Program-made: the position numbers and the translations under genes
Shown here: piece after piece, positions 13,595 through 26,460 of the stretch
Layout: each line of letters starts with the position of its first letter
Numbering within the stretch: position 1 is the stretch's first letter
Source: Eledone cirrhosa
Lineage: Eukaryota
Assembly: GCA_964016885.1 (NCBI GenBank)
Contig: CAXHJY010000589.1
Span: 62,001-126,000, forward strand
Direction: 5' to 3'
DNA: 64,000 nt
Notes under the pieces: model-generated
Databases searched by the model: none
Told to the model about the DNA's origin: nothing
Seen by the model: only the letters and a program-made list of their open reading frames with translations

Positions 13595-13665
13595 TATTTT
13601 ATTATGCGCATTTCAAAAACAAACATCATCATGCAATAATATTTGTGTTTTCATCAGATAAAATA
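13595..13665 (-). ncRNA. Type I hammerhead ribozyme, left arm of inverted repeat
   Basis: Reverse complement of the 13772-13842 copy. Confidence 0.82.
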
Positions 13666-13771
13666 GGAGAACATGATATGAAGGCTAAAAAACACTTGTG
13701 GATAGTGCAGTTATGTTGATTTAAAACTGCACTATCCACAAGTGTTTTTTAGCCTTCATATCATGTTCTCC

Positions 13772-13842
13772 TATTTTATCTGATGAAAACACAAATATTA
13801 TTGCATGATGATGTTTGTTTTTGAAATGCGCATAATAAAATA
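13772..13842 (+). ncRNA. Type I hammerhead ribozyme, right arm of inverted repeat
   Basis: tattttat CTGATGA [~36-nt helix II] GAAA tgcgca TA ataaaata; perfect 8-bp helix I, palindromic helix III ATGCGCAT. Confidence 0.85.
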
Positions 13843-13872
13843 TATGGAACTCCTTTAACCATCTTTTGATCT

Positions 13873-13928
<56 letters not shown>

Positions 13929-14007
13929 ATGTGGTTGACAGCTGAGAGAAAGGAGCAGTCAATATGTAAGTACAGTTTTAATATTCCTTTATATTAAGGT
14001 TTTAAAA

Positions 14008-14098
<91 letters not shown>

Positions 14099-14362
14099 GT
14101 GTAAAACAGAACAAAGAGGAGGCACAAAATAATAAAAGTAGTTACTGAAGAGGTCACAGAATATGTGACGAAAGAGCTTTGACAATTAACAACTAAACAA
14201 CCATCCGGTTTTTAAACTAACCGACGGAAAAAATTAGTTTCTTAACCAATAATCATAAATTGAAGTGTAACTCAACTGATACGTTTACTTTTATTAGCAG
14301 TGTATTACAATATATATATATTAAATCTTAACCATTTAACATCTTAGGGTATGTCATGTATC

Positions 14363-14425
14363 ATTATATTTTGTCTGATGAGGATGTACTGTTGTACCTC
14401 CGAAATATGTATAATAAAATGTAAT
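14363..14425 (+). ncRNA. Type I hammerhead ribozyme in a Penelope 3'-end fragment
   Basis: attatattttgt CTGATGA ggatgtac-tgtt-gtacctcc GAAA tatgta TA ataaaatgtaat; 12-bp helix I. About 150 nt upstream is a decayed GIY-YIG C-terminus (LTTKQPSG..N-stop, ~14187-14220). Confidence 0.9.
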
Positions 14426-14956
14426 TGATCAAAAGAACATCTATTTTATTAATATTTGTATTTTAATATTAATAACTCTAGAAAATTATTTTCCGTAGAG
14501 TGCTTCTAATCTACTGTAAAACTCATTCTCTGATATACTCATTGAATCTTGTTTAACTCTTTAATATATATATATATATATTATATATAACAGGTGAAAC
14601 TCCTGAGTAACATGACTATTTAGCCTTAATAAAATATATATATGATGATGGCTGCAATTCGATTTTGAGTAATGTCATCGCTTGATACTTAGGCCATATG
14701 ATACATCACAAAACATGTCACATATGAAGCTTTTTTTTATGCGAGGAAAGGCTTTGCACGGGACCAATCCCACTCTCTGAACATCGAATGCATTTACCCA
14801 AAAAGAAGAACTGATCTACATCATTGGATGCAAATGAAATCACAGGTTTTATATCGGAGTGACCTTCTCCTAGAGAGATGTCTTATGGAAGACTAGGAAT
14901 TTCTCACTCCACAAAAAAATATATACATATATATATATATAAGTAAATACAAACCC

Positions 14957-14991
<35 letters not shown>

Positions 14992-16764
14992 TAACATTTC
15001 TATTTTCTCAAGATTGGTGACTTTTATCACAAAATTGAGCCGGTAGCACTATTCTTTTTCGGGACCTTTCCTTAACAGTATGTTTAAAATAGGTTGTTAA
15101 ATGACTAAAAGAAAAAAAATGCAAAACATCCTTTTACTTTATAAAAATCACGGAATTTACAAAGAAACGTTAACACCGCTTCAATGTATACATGGGGACA
15201 TTGAAATTCCTTATCAGGAGTGTATATTCAAACAGTCTATGATGATTTTAAGTTCTCTACACACCACGAAATATGGTGTAATCGTTGTGAAGTCAAGGAG
15301 CCGTTTCTAGTTGTTTTTATTAAATGTAATAACTTTGCTTTTCGTATACAAATATTCTATGAACATCTGAACTATTTTGCAGTTATTATTTTTGCAGACA
15401 CAGACATATTGACGATCAATCAAACATATTGACAGTCAATCACATATTACAACAATCGATTGATCGATTATTTTATCAGATCATCGTATGATTTTGCTGA
15501 TTGGCTGAAAAATCGAAGCCAAATAATCAGGTTTGTGACGTATATAATATTCTAAGAATTAAGAATTATAAATTAAACTGCCCTCGTCTTTGAAGTATGA
15601 ATCAATCTAACATTAGATGTATAGCGACCTATTGAGTTCTTTTAGCAGAATCCTTTCCGTTGTAAGCATTCGGACAGGTCTTCGATCTGAGGATAAGTTC
15701 CTTCCATTAATTTTTTTATCAACCTCGAAAGGATGAAAGGCAAAGTTGACTACAGCGAGATTTGAAGTCAGAGCGTACAATGAGGTGGGACGTATACCGT
15801 AAAGCATTCTATCTGACGTCTTAACGACTCTGCCACTTCGCCTTGTATTTCTTATAATGACTTAATTCAATATCTTCTTAGATTGACAAATTTTCTTTTG
15901 GTGGGTTGAATACACCATTTGTAGGTTTTAAGAGAAACATTTCTATTGATCATAACTTTAACATTCATTTTAAAAACTGGTCTAGTCAAGTATTAAATGG
16001 AATTATTCTTGCTCATCAAATCAAAGAAGTCAACAGTTTAAGTTACGAATATGTAGTAAGGTGTATGCCTTTATTGTCACATTTTCGTTTAAAAGTAAAA
16101 CAACCCACGCCTGCCCAGAACTGGAACATACTCTAGTTATTTCGGTGTTAAGAAAGTTCACGAGACAGATTTTCACTGCAATAGATCTTCACTACTTAAT
16201 GAACCGTAGTAATGTTGCTACAAATATATTCAGTTAAAAACTCCCATCTGAATCGCTTCATTACGTTCGTACAGCTACGAATTCATTCAAAGCCTAATTT
16301 GAATCACAGAACTCGGTATTAAACTAAATTTTATTACTCTTGCGTTTGAACCTGATGTAACACAAACATATCCACAATTATAAATTAGCTTATATAATTT
16401 TCAACAATAAACATACAAAGGTATTGTAGTAACTGATGGGAATTCCCTGAAGAATATAATTATTACTCTCACACTCACACACTACGAGAGAAACAACCAC
16501 ACATTTCTACATAGATTTCGAACTAATATAGATAAGATGCTCAAGAGAGAAACCGATATCAAATTAGGCCGCTATACATTGAATTCATGTATGAATTTGA
16601 CTCCGTTTCTAGTTTTGTTGCATGAAAATCGGAAACTAAGCATATATATGGCATATGTTCTATGACCTGAATACTTGTCACGAAGCAGTTATCAAAGCCA
16701 TAAAAAATATTGCATTAATGTTATTATAGAATAGTCAGTGTTATATTTATTGTATGTAAGTATT

Positions 16765-17092
16765 GTCCCGTAAATCATGGGGAAGTCATAGAGGCACCGT
16801 GTTGACATACAGCGTTTCTTGGGCATTTTAAGCCTGGCAGAGCCCATCTCACCCCAGGCCTGGGTACAGCAGATTTCTTCCAGAGAAAGATAGAAAGTGA
16901 GAGAGAGGAAATGAGAAAGAGATTTAGAAGAGAAATCGACTCCAGTACTAGACTGGTACTTATCTTATCGATCTCGAAAGGATGAAAGGAAAAGTTGACC
17001 TGGGTGGGATTTGAACTCCGAGAGTAGAGAGCTGGAACGAATACCATAAAACATTCTATCTGATGTTCTAACGACTCTGCCAATTGGCCGCC
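16765..17092 (-). mobile_element. Longer SINE family C (family A-like head with a different tail)
   Basis: AATTGGCAGAGTCGTTAGAAC...GTACCAGTCTAGTACTGG...GAAATCTGCTG; related copies at ~21360-21676, 24027-24246, 31326-31580, 36855-37082, 41401-41719, 46475-46770, 53305-53530, 56330-56550. Confidence 0.75.
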
Positions 17093-18030
17093 TGTTATTG
17101 TTATTAAAGACTTGCTAATCATTGAACATTTTAAGTTACTACTTTATTCTATCGCAATCTTTTACATGTCTTCCATCAAAATATTTCAGTGGAATCTTTT
17201 CAGTTAAGTTAGTGTGAAACAGAAAAATATATGTTCATAGTAAAAAAATGAAGTCATTAAGGGATTGAAGCCAATACAATATAAAATCTATATTTTAACA
17301 TTAGTGACAAGCACCATGTAGTGTTATGGGTATATATTTTGCTGGTGGTGTTAAAACAGCTTTGGATTATCTACAATGACGTTCTTTGAACTCTAAACTT
17401 GATTTTGCTATTCAACAGAAATACATGGAGGAATTAATAACTAAGATATTACATGCAATGTTATTTTACAACTATTTACTCACTACCAACAACTGTTCTT
17501 GGTTATACCCACAAACACATGCAAACACATGTTCACACACACATATATGCCCACATACACATGCACATATATGCACACGTACACATACACACGCACATAT
17601 GCATTTGCACATGTATGCACAAACACACACACATACACATATAGAATAAGATTGCCATTCATATATGAAAAGAGTTATATATATATAGAGAGTATATAGA
17701 AATTCAAATTTCAACCGAAAAAAAAAAAAAACAAAGAACTTTTGCTTGTATTAAACTGAGTTTTTCACGAAACATCTGTGAAAATAACATCAGAGCCAGA
17801 GTTATTAAAACTACGAAGTAAACTGTGATAACTTAGAACAAAAATTGAACATTAAAAAATATTAAAAAAAGACGAAGTAAACTTGTAGTCTTTTGTAAGA
17901 AGAAATAAAAGCTGGAACCATCTAAAAACACGTTTCGTGTATGTTATGTCCAGTGCATAATAAACTTACCAGAAGTATTAATTGCACAGGACCAAATTAA
18001 CATTGATGGCTCTGGCGAGAAATAAATTAC

Positions 18031-18134
18031 CTGAAACAATTATGGTTGAAGACATTGTAGCTACCCAATGCCGTGAGGGCTCCGAGGGATATAGAGTAGG
18101 AGAAGAAAATTTGCGATCCTGCATCCACCCACAC
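18031..18134 (-). CDS. SLC6 exon (TM6): [35 protein letters not shown]
   Basis: ttttag acceptor, AG|gtaatt donor, 104 nt, phase 0-2; VW.DA..QIFFS and SYN motifs. Confidence 0.95.
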
Positions 18135-18519
18135 CTAAAACAGAAATACGAAAATGAAAGAAATAAACAATTTTGTTGTCCTTTACCTTATTTGTTCGGT
18201 TAGCAAGCAGTCTAGTTAGCTATGCCATCTCCGACTTAGGATAACCTAAAGACACCACCATCTTAAGGCTATTAGTCATATAAGAAAGAAGTCAGAGACG
18301 ACATGATTAGGAGAAGAAGAGAAGGAAGAGATGAGAGAGAAAATTGATGGAGAAAATTAGAGAGAATGGAATAAAAAGAGAGAGAGAGAGAGAGAGAGAG
18401 GGAGAAAGAATCAGGGAGAGAAAGAAAGTGGGAAAAGGGGAGGAGAAAAATAGCAAATTAGAAGTGGGTGAAAAGAAGTTCAATTTTTTTTTTTAAAAAG
18501 ATTTAAGAAATATTTCTAC

Positions 18520-18654
18520 CTGAATATCTTTTAGCCGCTCAAAATTGGGCTTTAAGTAGTAAATGATGCCTTCTTTTGCACCTGGCAGTAAACTTCCACG
18601 GATTAGAAGAATTATCATGAATATATAAGGAGTTGTTGCTGTGACGTACATCAC
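18520..18654 (-). CDS. SLC6 exon (TM5): [45 protein letters not shown]
   Basis: tttcag acceptor, CAG|gtagaa donor, 135 nt, phase 0-0; follows a ~31 kb intron. Confidence 0.95.
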
Positions 18655-18688
18655 CTGAAATTAGAATTAAATGTATATGTATTCAGAG

Positions 18689-18921
18689 TATATTTTCAAA
18701 AGGCTATATTTTCAATGGGCTATATTTTCGATGGGCTATATTTTCGATGGGCTATATTTTCAATAGGCTATATTTTCAATAGGCTATATTTTCAATAGGC
18801 TACATTTTCGAAGGACTATATTTTCAAAGGACTATATTTTCGAAGGACTATATTTTCAAAAGGCTATATTTTCAATAGGCTATATTTTCAATAGGCTATA
18901 TTTTCAATGGGCTACATTTTA
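18689..18921. repeat. 16-bp minisatellite (GGCTATATTTTCRATR)n next to an exon acceptor
   Basis: Direct inspection. Confidence 0.9.
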
Positions 18922-19299
18922 TATATACACATACATATATATAGACACATACATACACACACACACACACACACGTGTGTGTGTTTTTATATAACAGCAT
19001 AATCATAACAGCTTCTTTCAGGAACATTTAATTTATTAGTCAAATATCATTAAAAAAACTAAAACGTGACACAAAATTCTCAAGAAAGAACATAACAGTA
19101 TTTAGAATATATATTTCAGAGAGGTTCTTAAATATGCATCTTGCTTCATTCGAGAAAATATTTCTGCTTTTCTCGAGGGGGACTTGTTTGGATAACCATT
19201 TGACTAAAGATCACGAATTTGAAACGAAATTAATTGCAACCATTAACTAAAAATTTAGCTAACCCTCTATATCTAGAAATTAATTGTAACTATTAACTA

Positions 19300-20230
19300 A
19301 AAGCCTCGCTTACAAGCAGAGTAAGAGACACCAAACGCAAGAGGCAGAGAAACACCCAAGGCAAGTGCTACCTTAAAATCCCGCACCTGGGCGAGAAAAC
19401 CACCAACGCTATCCACAGGGCTATACGGAGAGAGGGCCTCAATATCCACGTGGCCCACTCGGGCCCCTCCCTATGGAGATGCCTCTCCAGGAAACCCGGG
19501 AAATTGACTGACGCGTGTCCCTCAGCAACTGTCCGATGCGCCAAACGAACTGTTGCTTACGCACGTACGTTGTATACAAGGTTGAATGTGACAAGTGCAA
19601 CCACTACTATATCGGTAGCACAATCCGTCCACTACATATCCGGATCAAGGAGCACATCAATACCAGGGCTTCGTCTTTCCGGAAACACATAACCAAATGC
19701 GGAAACAAAGACGGAAGGCCCATTGTCACAGTGCTAGCGACAGAACGCAACGTCGGCACTTTAAGAATCAAAGGAAGCACTTTAGATCAAACGCCTAGGA
19801 CCACAAATAAATAACCAATCCGAGAGAAGCGAGACGAGGTGGCTGGTGTAAACAAACGAAACAACAACACACGCACACTGTGTTATTTGAACGATTGTTA
19901 TTGTGTGTATAGCGCGCCCACCTTCCATCGACCAACAAACGACAACCAGGCAGACTACCAACACTGCCAGTATCAAAGACTGAATATAGGTAGTATAATG
20001 GATTGACAGTGAAGCACCATCCCACTTCCATAGTATAGAGGAACTGCCTCCACCTTTGCTTGACCGCAGCTATTCCGCGCGCACGCGCGCTCTACAGAAT
20101 ATCTCAGTTGTACACAAACGGCGGACAACAGAGGCCATGTACCGTTCCTCTCCGACTAAAAACTCTCCCCCTCGGGAAAAACCCCCAGTTGATGAATGCG
20201 AAATTCGGAATAGAGGGACAATTAAATCTC
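19300..20230 (+). mobile_element. 5'-truncated Penelope-like element (GIY-YIG end and 3' region), a different family from the 59 kb copy
   Basis: ORF track 19515-19814 gives VVYKVECDKCNHYYIGSTIRPLHIRIKEH; an upstream frame gives YLKIPHLG; GC-richer island in AT-rich DNA. Confidence 0.85.
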
Positions 20231-21744
20231 TTCCAAGGTAACTATCTCGTGTTAATCGGTAAAGGGTCGGACGCCATGCTTTGATGCATAGAGTTACGGC
20301 CCTTTCCAATCTGAGTTCAAATCCCGCCGAGGTTAACTTTGCCTTTCATCCTTACGGGGTCGATAAAATAAAGTACCAGTAATGTACTGGGTAATTGCTG
20401 GCCTTGTGCCTAACGTAGAAACAATTATCAAATATAACCAAGATATAAAACAAAACTTTGATGTGATATAACATGTGATATAACATGTGATATAACATAA
20501 CATGTACATATATTGTAGCGTATATACAAATAGATGCGTGTTTTGGTAGTTGTGTGTGTGGGGGGGGGATATAATTATTTTGTAGGCATGTCCCCCCCCC
20601 CGTACCCCCGGTTCCACAGCCCCTGCCTAACACTCTAGCATCTCCCATCACTATACTGCGTCTAACTTCCTATATATCGTACATTATTTCATTGGCAGTA
20701 TCGGTATAGGGTCTGACACCATGCTTTCCAGCATAGAGTTACGTCTCTTTACGGTCTGAGTTCAAATCCCGTCGAGGTTAACTTTGCCTTTCATCTTTAT
20801 GGGGTCGATAAAATAAAAGTACCAGTAATGTACTGGATCATTGCTGGCGTTGTGCCTAAAGTAGAAACAATTATTTCAATACTGTATGTATCGTTATACG
20901 TTTGGAACATTATTTAACTAAAGATGGTGACTTTGAAATGAAACCAATTGTATCTTGGTAGAGACAGGCGTAGCCATTAAAAACATATGCAGTTAGATTC
21001 GTAAGGATTATGACTTTTCAGACTTTCAACATTATTTTTGGAGTACATCTATACTACATTTCGATCGTCACCAACCTGGCCTTTGGGGGGGGGGGGTTCT
21101 GCCGAGCCCAGAGAGCTAAGAAGCAGGAACTTGATTGATTGATATCGTACTAATTATTTTGCCCAATGCTTCCTTCCCAGAGGTGCACCTCCCCCCCCCC
21201 CCCCCCCCTGGAATTCCCTTCATAAACACATTCTCTTTATAGCTGTCAGCCTACAATCAAGCAGACTATCAACTGCATCGATCTCATCAGATCGAAGGAT
21301 CACCAAACAAATATGAGAACTATATCTCTTCCGATGAATAATGTATTCTATATGTAAGTATAGTCCCGTATCTCCCGAGGGAGTCGTAGGGCCGTTGTAG
21401 TGATGCGGCGTTTTGGGGGGCATTTTTTAGCCTGGCGAAGCCCATCCCTCTCCAGGTCTGAACACAGCAAATTTTTTCCAGAGAAGGATAGAAATTGAGA
21501 GAAAGAGATATAGAAGAAGAATCGACCCCAGTACTAGACTGGTATTTTTTTTTATCGACCAACAAAGGATGAAAAGCAAAGTTGACCTTGGTGGGATTTG
21601 AACTCAGAGAGCAGAGAATCGGAACGAATATAGGAAAGCATTTTATCTGATGTTTAACTCTGCCAATTCGCCGCCTCTCCGATGAATATCCTATATAGAA
21701 AAACCACACTCATTTGTTGTATCCATTATCTGTATGTATTTAGT

Positions 21745-21934
21745 AGGGCGGTGGATTGGCAGTATCGGTAGAGGGTCGGACGCCATGCTTTCCAGCATAG
21801 TTACGTCCCTTTACGATCTGAGTTCAAATCCCGCCGAGGTTGACTTTGCCTTTCATCCTTACGGGGTCGATAAAATAAAGTTCCAGTAATGCACTGGGTA
21901 ATTGCTGGCCTTGTGCCTAAAGTAGAAACAATTA
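21745..21934 (+). mobile_element. Family A SINE, full length with TSD
   Basis: Nearly identical to the 5878 copy; TSD ATTATCTGTATGTATTT. Confidence 0.9.
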
Positions 21935-22708
21935 TCTGTATGTATTTTACTATTTGTTTTTTTTTCTTTCTTTCTTCTGATCTGTAAGGATTGAAATAAA
22001 CTCCCATGTAAAAATCCTGTTTTGACTTTGGGTCAGGGCTGGATTAACCATTAAGCAAAATAAATATATGCTTAGGACATCAAGCGAAGGACGAGGCACC
22101 AATTTATTCAAATTATGTATTTATTATTCTTTCCTAAAGTTGTTTTGCAGACTTTATATATGTGGCGGCGGGAGGCGAGGGACCACCATAATCTTTTCAG
22201 TACTTAGGATCTGTTCTGGGAGTTTTCCTTTCAGTTAAGATTTTAATGCTAATTATAAAATGTGTTAATTTCCGGCTACAGGTGGCGTATTTTGTATATT
22301 ATGGTCACTTCTGGATTCAAATCCTAGGTAAGTTTTAAAGGTTTGATGGGGGGAACTGACTACAGTTATTTTCTCCCACTGTACGACAGCCACAGTTACA
22401 CAACTAACCTCTTCCCACAGCAACACTCGAGATACCTGGCTCTAAACAAATAAAGTAGCTTCTGCTGAATATATAATCTTTCTTGTTACTACCAACATCA
22501 AAGAATATCAAATACAGCTCGCCGTCACACTAAACAACATTAATATAGCTTACCATATACACGCACGCGCACGCGCACACTGAAATGCGCGCGCACACTG
22601 AAATGCACGCGCACACATACACACATACTGCTAAATATATAATCTCCCTCCTTACTTAGAAATAACAGATACAGCTCACCGTGACACTCAACAGCATAAA
22701 TGTATCGT

Positions 22709-22815
<107 letters not shown>

Positions 22816-23022
22816 CGAGAGAGAGAAATGCGTTTGCCTTGCTGTTTGTGGTTTTACTGAATCTTATGAATTACAATTCTGTCTATATTTGAAAATGGTT
22901 TCACCGATATTTTATTTTTTCTGAAGTTTGTAAATCTGTTTTTGTTCATTCCTCCACCATTACTGTGTGGTTGTTGTATGGATGGATGATGGATGATGGA
23001 TGATGATGATGATGATGATGAT

Positions 23023-23114
<92 letters not shown>

Positions 23115-23874
23115 AGGAAGAAAGGGGTCATTTGCTATGCGGTTATGGTAGCTAGATGTATGGAGAAGAACTCAGTATCTAGAGAAGAGCTGTTGTGATT
23201 AGTTTCATGAGATGTGGATATGTTGTATGGGTGATGTGTGAGTGGGCGGAAGAAAGGGGTCATTTACTATGTGGTTCTATATGGTTCTGGTAGCTAGATG
23301 TATGGAGGAGAAAGCAGTTCTAGAGAGGAGATGGTGTAGTTAATTTCGTGAGATATATGGATATGTTGAATGGATGATGTGTGAGTGGACGGACAGCTAG
23401 ATGTGTGCAGAAGAAAGCAGTTCTGGAGAGGAACTAATGTAATTAGTTTCACAAGTTATGTGAATATGTTTTATGGATGATGAGTGGACGGACGAAAGGG
23501 GTAATTTTCTCTGTGGTTGTAACAGCTAGATGTGTGGAGAAGAACTCAGTTTCTAGAGAGGAGCTGATGTAGTTAGCTTCATAGGATGTGTGGTTGTGTT
23601 GGAGGGTTATGTTTGGGTTAAAGAAATATAGTTGCAGTGTTTCTGAGTGAAAGGTTCATTATATATATATATATAAACGCTGGTTTGAGACCTTTATTTC
23701 CCTATAAAGAAGAGATATTATCTCGAAAATTAAGGACATTTAAATAAATCTAAGGTAAAAGACTAATTGTCAACAATATCTTTTGCATTTGCATTCTTTA
23801 TTCTATGTCCATACCTGAATTGTTTTGGCTTTATTATACATATTCAAACGTTTATATATATATATAAAGGTTAA

Positions 23875-24005
23875 CATATGTTGATGCCCTAAGGACAGAC
23901 ACTGGTCTGTTGGAGATGCAGGATATGGCAGCGATAATGAGGGACAGAGACCGCTGGAGAGAACTCGTCCATGGATCTCGGGAATTTTACCCGCCTTAGA
24001 TAGAT
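23875..24005 (+). mobile_element. Short RTE-type LINE 3' end
   Basis: Translates VDALRTDTGLLEMQDMAAIMRDRDRWRELVHGSREFYPP-stop, then a (TAGA)(TA)n tail. Confidence 0.7.
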
Positions 24006-24697
24006 ATATATATATATATATATATAGTCTCATAACTCCTGATAGAGTCGTAGGGAGCCCATCCCTCTCTAGGCCTGAATACAACAGATTTCTTCCAGAG
24101 AGAGGAAGAATCGACCCTAGTACTAGACTGGGAATTGTTTTTAAGGATGAAAGGCAAATTTGACCTCGGCGGGATTTGAGCCCAGTGAACAGGAACGAAT
24201 ACCATAAGGCATTTTATCCTACGTTTTAACGACTCTACCAATTCGCATATGTATATATATATTATTACTGGGACGAAACATTGTCAGCAAATAAAGATTA
24301 TTAATGTATTAAAGGCTTCTTTGTTAATTTATATAAATTTTCGGCTCTGTTTGATAACATTGAGCTATCTCTTATACTGTCATTTCTCTAATACGACGAG
24401 TGTGTTTGACTCTAATGCACTCAAGTATTTTTATCTTATACCCTTCTAGCGGGTCCGGGTAAGTTTTTTACATTCATTTAAATTATTGATTTATTGATAT
24501 TTTATTTGAGTGACCCGAATCTTCCTGGTCGTTCTTTTTCGGCTGCACGGGTGATTTTAGGCATAATCTCTATGTGTTGGTAATTTAACGACAGTTATAG
24601 CTCTGATTTATCCAAATTATTGAGCCCTCTGCCACTCATATCGGATATTGTTTATCGTTAATTCGTGAGCTGATTTTCCGATACTCGATTATTCTAT

Positions 24698-24720
<23 letters not shown>

Positions 24721-24728
<8 letters not shown>

Positions 24729-24937
24729 TAAAATAACAGATTAAAGTTTAAGCAAAGAATCGCTGCTTTCACCTCTAACATCTTCTGAAGATCCCGTTAA
24801 GGGTGAAAGCAGCGATTCTTTGCTTAAACTTTAATCTGTTATTTTAATAAATATTTGCTCTACGGTTCTTATATATTTTATATATATTTATCCTTATCGA
24901 GCCCTCTTTGGATTTTAGTCTTCAAATTTATTATTAT

Positions 24938-24940
<3 letters not shown>
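24721..24940. repeat. pLTR-like insert with ~53-bp terminal inversion and a degenerate hammerhead core; related copies at 26465-26630 and 58455-58542
   Basis: 24721-24773 vs 24802-24854 inverted; CTGAAGA t ccc-gttaa-ggg t GAAA present but helices I and III are not intact; flanked by (TA)n. Confidence 0.65.
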
Positions 24941-24979
<39 letters not shown>

Positions 24980-25627
24980 GTTTCTACTATTGGCACAAGG
25001 CCACCAATTACCCAGTACATTACTGGTACTTTATTTTATCGACCCCGTAAGGATGAAAGGCAAAGTTAACCTCGACGGGATTTATATATATATATATAAT
25101 GCGATGAAATATCAATGATGGTTGGCAAATCACTGACGAAGGACTAATTTTATCATATGTAACCCATGTGCAACCACGCAGTATTCTTCTTTCTTCTCAT
25201 GTTTTAAATGCATATAATGTTACCTTTTTACACCAACGTTTGCAAATTTCTGTCTTATATGTTTATACACTAGATATGGCTTTCTATAATAATAGTACTA
25301 AACACTGTTTTTCTGGACCCCTTTAGAAATAACCTGCTACTATAATAGCCCTAATAACTTGTCTGTGACATTGTACCACTTTGACCCCTCTAACTAAATT
25401 TTGTCCGAACAACACCACTAGAAGTATCTACTTCCCAGCCAACCTTAGCACGCCTCATTAAGCTAACTGCTGCCAAAACATTCTCTCTTCACAATCTCTA
25501 CTAGTCTGACAGTCTTAAACCCTAAGACTCCCTCCACCTTACTCACTTCCCTCTTCCCCTTCTCTTCCTACCTCCTTCTTTATCTTTTATCTAGTGTATA
25601 AAATATTTTCATATCATTCTAATACAA

Positions 25628-25744
25628 AGGTCTGATGACATGGTGTGTTGGCTTACAGTGTACTTTCGGTTTTTGATAATATTTGTGTATTATTCAAATA
25701 GCGAGGTATAGGTAACTCATACACTATAGAAACAATTGTTACCT
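25628..25744 (+). ncRNA. Type I hammerhead ribozyme with ~90-nt extended helix II
   Basis: aggt CTGATGA c atggtgtg...tacactat a GAAA caattg TT acct; palindromic helix III ACAATTGT; at the end of a C-rich PLE-like tail between (TA)n and (CT)n. Confidence 0.7.
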
Positions 25745-25778
25745 AATAAATTCTATATACCCGCATTTCCATTTCGTA

Positions 25779-25846
<68 letters not shown>

Positions 25847-26224
25847 CTCTCTCTCTCTATATATATAGGGTAACAAGTTATCGTTATAGGTAATCCAGTA
25901 GGAGGTTTTGTATTCTGATAAGTTGGTCAGAGGTAAATAATTGTTTCTACTTTTGGCCCAAGGCCAGCAATTACTCAGTGCATTACTGGTACTTTATTTT
26001 ATCGACCTCGTAAGGATGAAAGGCAAAGTTGACCTCGGCGGGATTTGAACTCAGAATGGCAATCTATACGTCAAAGCATGGCGTCCGACCCTCTACCGAT
26101 ACTGCCAATCAAATAATGAGATCGAGTGACGCAACTTCTAGACTCACCCGATCAATGAAACAATTGTCAATACCTGAAATAAAAGCCCCTTGTTGTACAG
26201 CCAACCATGTTACTCTTCATTCTT

Positions 26225-26269
<45 letters not shown>

Positions 26270-26460
26270 ATAATTGTTTCTACTTTAGGCACAAGGCCAG
26301 CAATTACCCAGTACATTACTGGTACTTTATTTTATCGACCCCGTAAGGATGAAAGGCAAAGTCAACCTCGGCGAGATTTGAACTCAGACTGTAAAGGGAC
26401 GTAACTATGCTAGAAAGCATGGCGTCCGACTCTCTACTGATACTGCCAATCCACCGCCCT
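26270..26460 (-). mobile_element. Family A SINE inserted at the (TA)n edge of a pLTR-like insert
   Basis: TSD TATATATAGTAATAAT on both sides. Confidence 0.85.

Larger units (their letters stand above)
13557..13880. repeat. Inverted repeat, ~156-bp arms with 12-nt spacer (inverted pseudo-LTR)
   Basis: 13557-13712 is the reverse complement of 13725-13880; each arm carries a hammerhead; the right arm abuts (TA)n. Confidence 0.9.
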
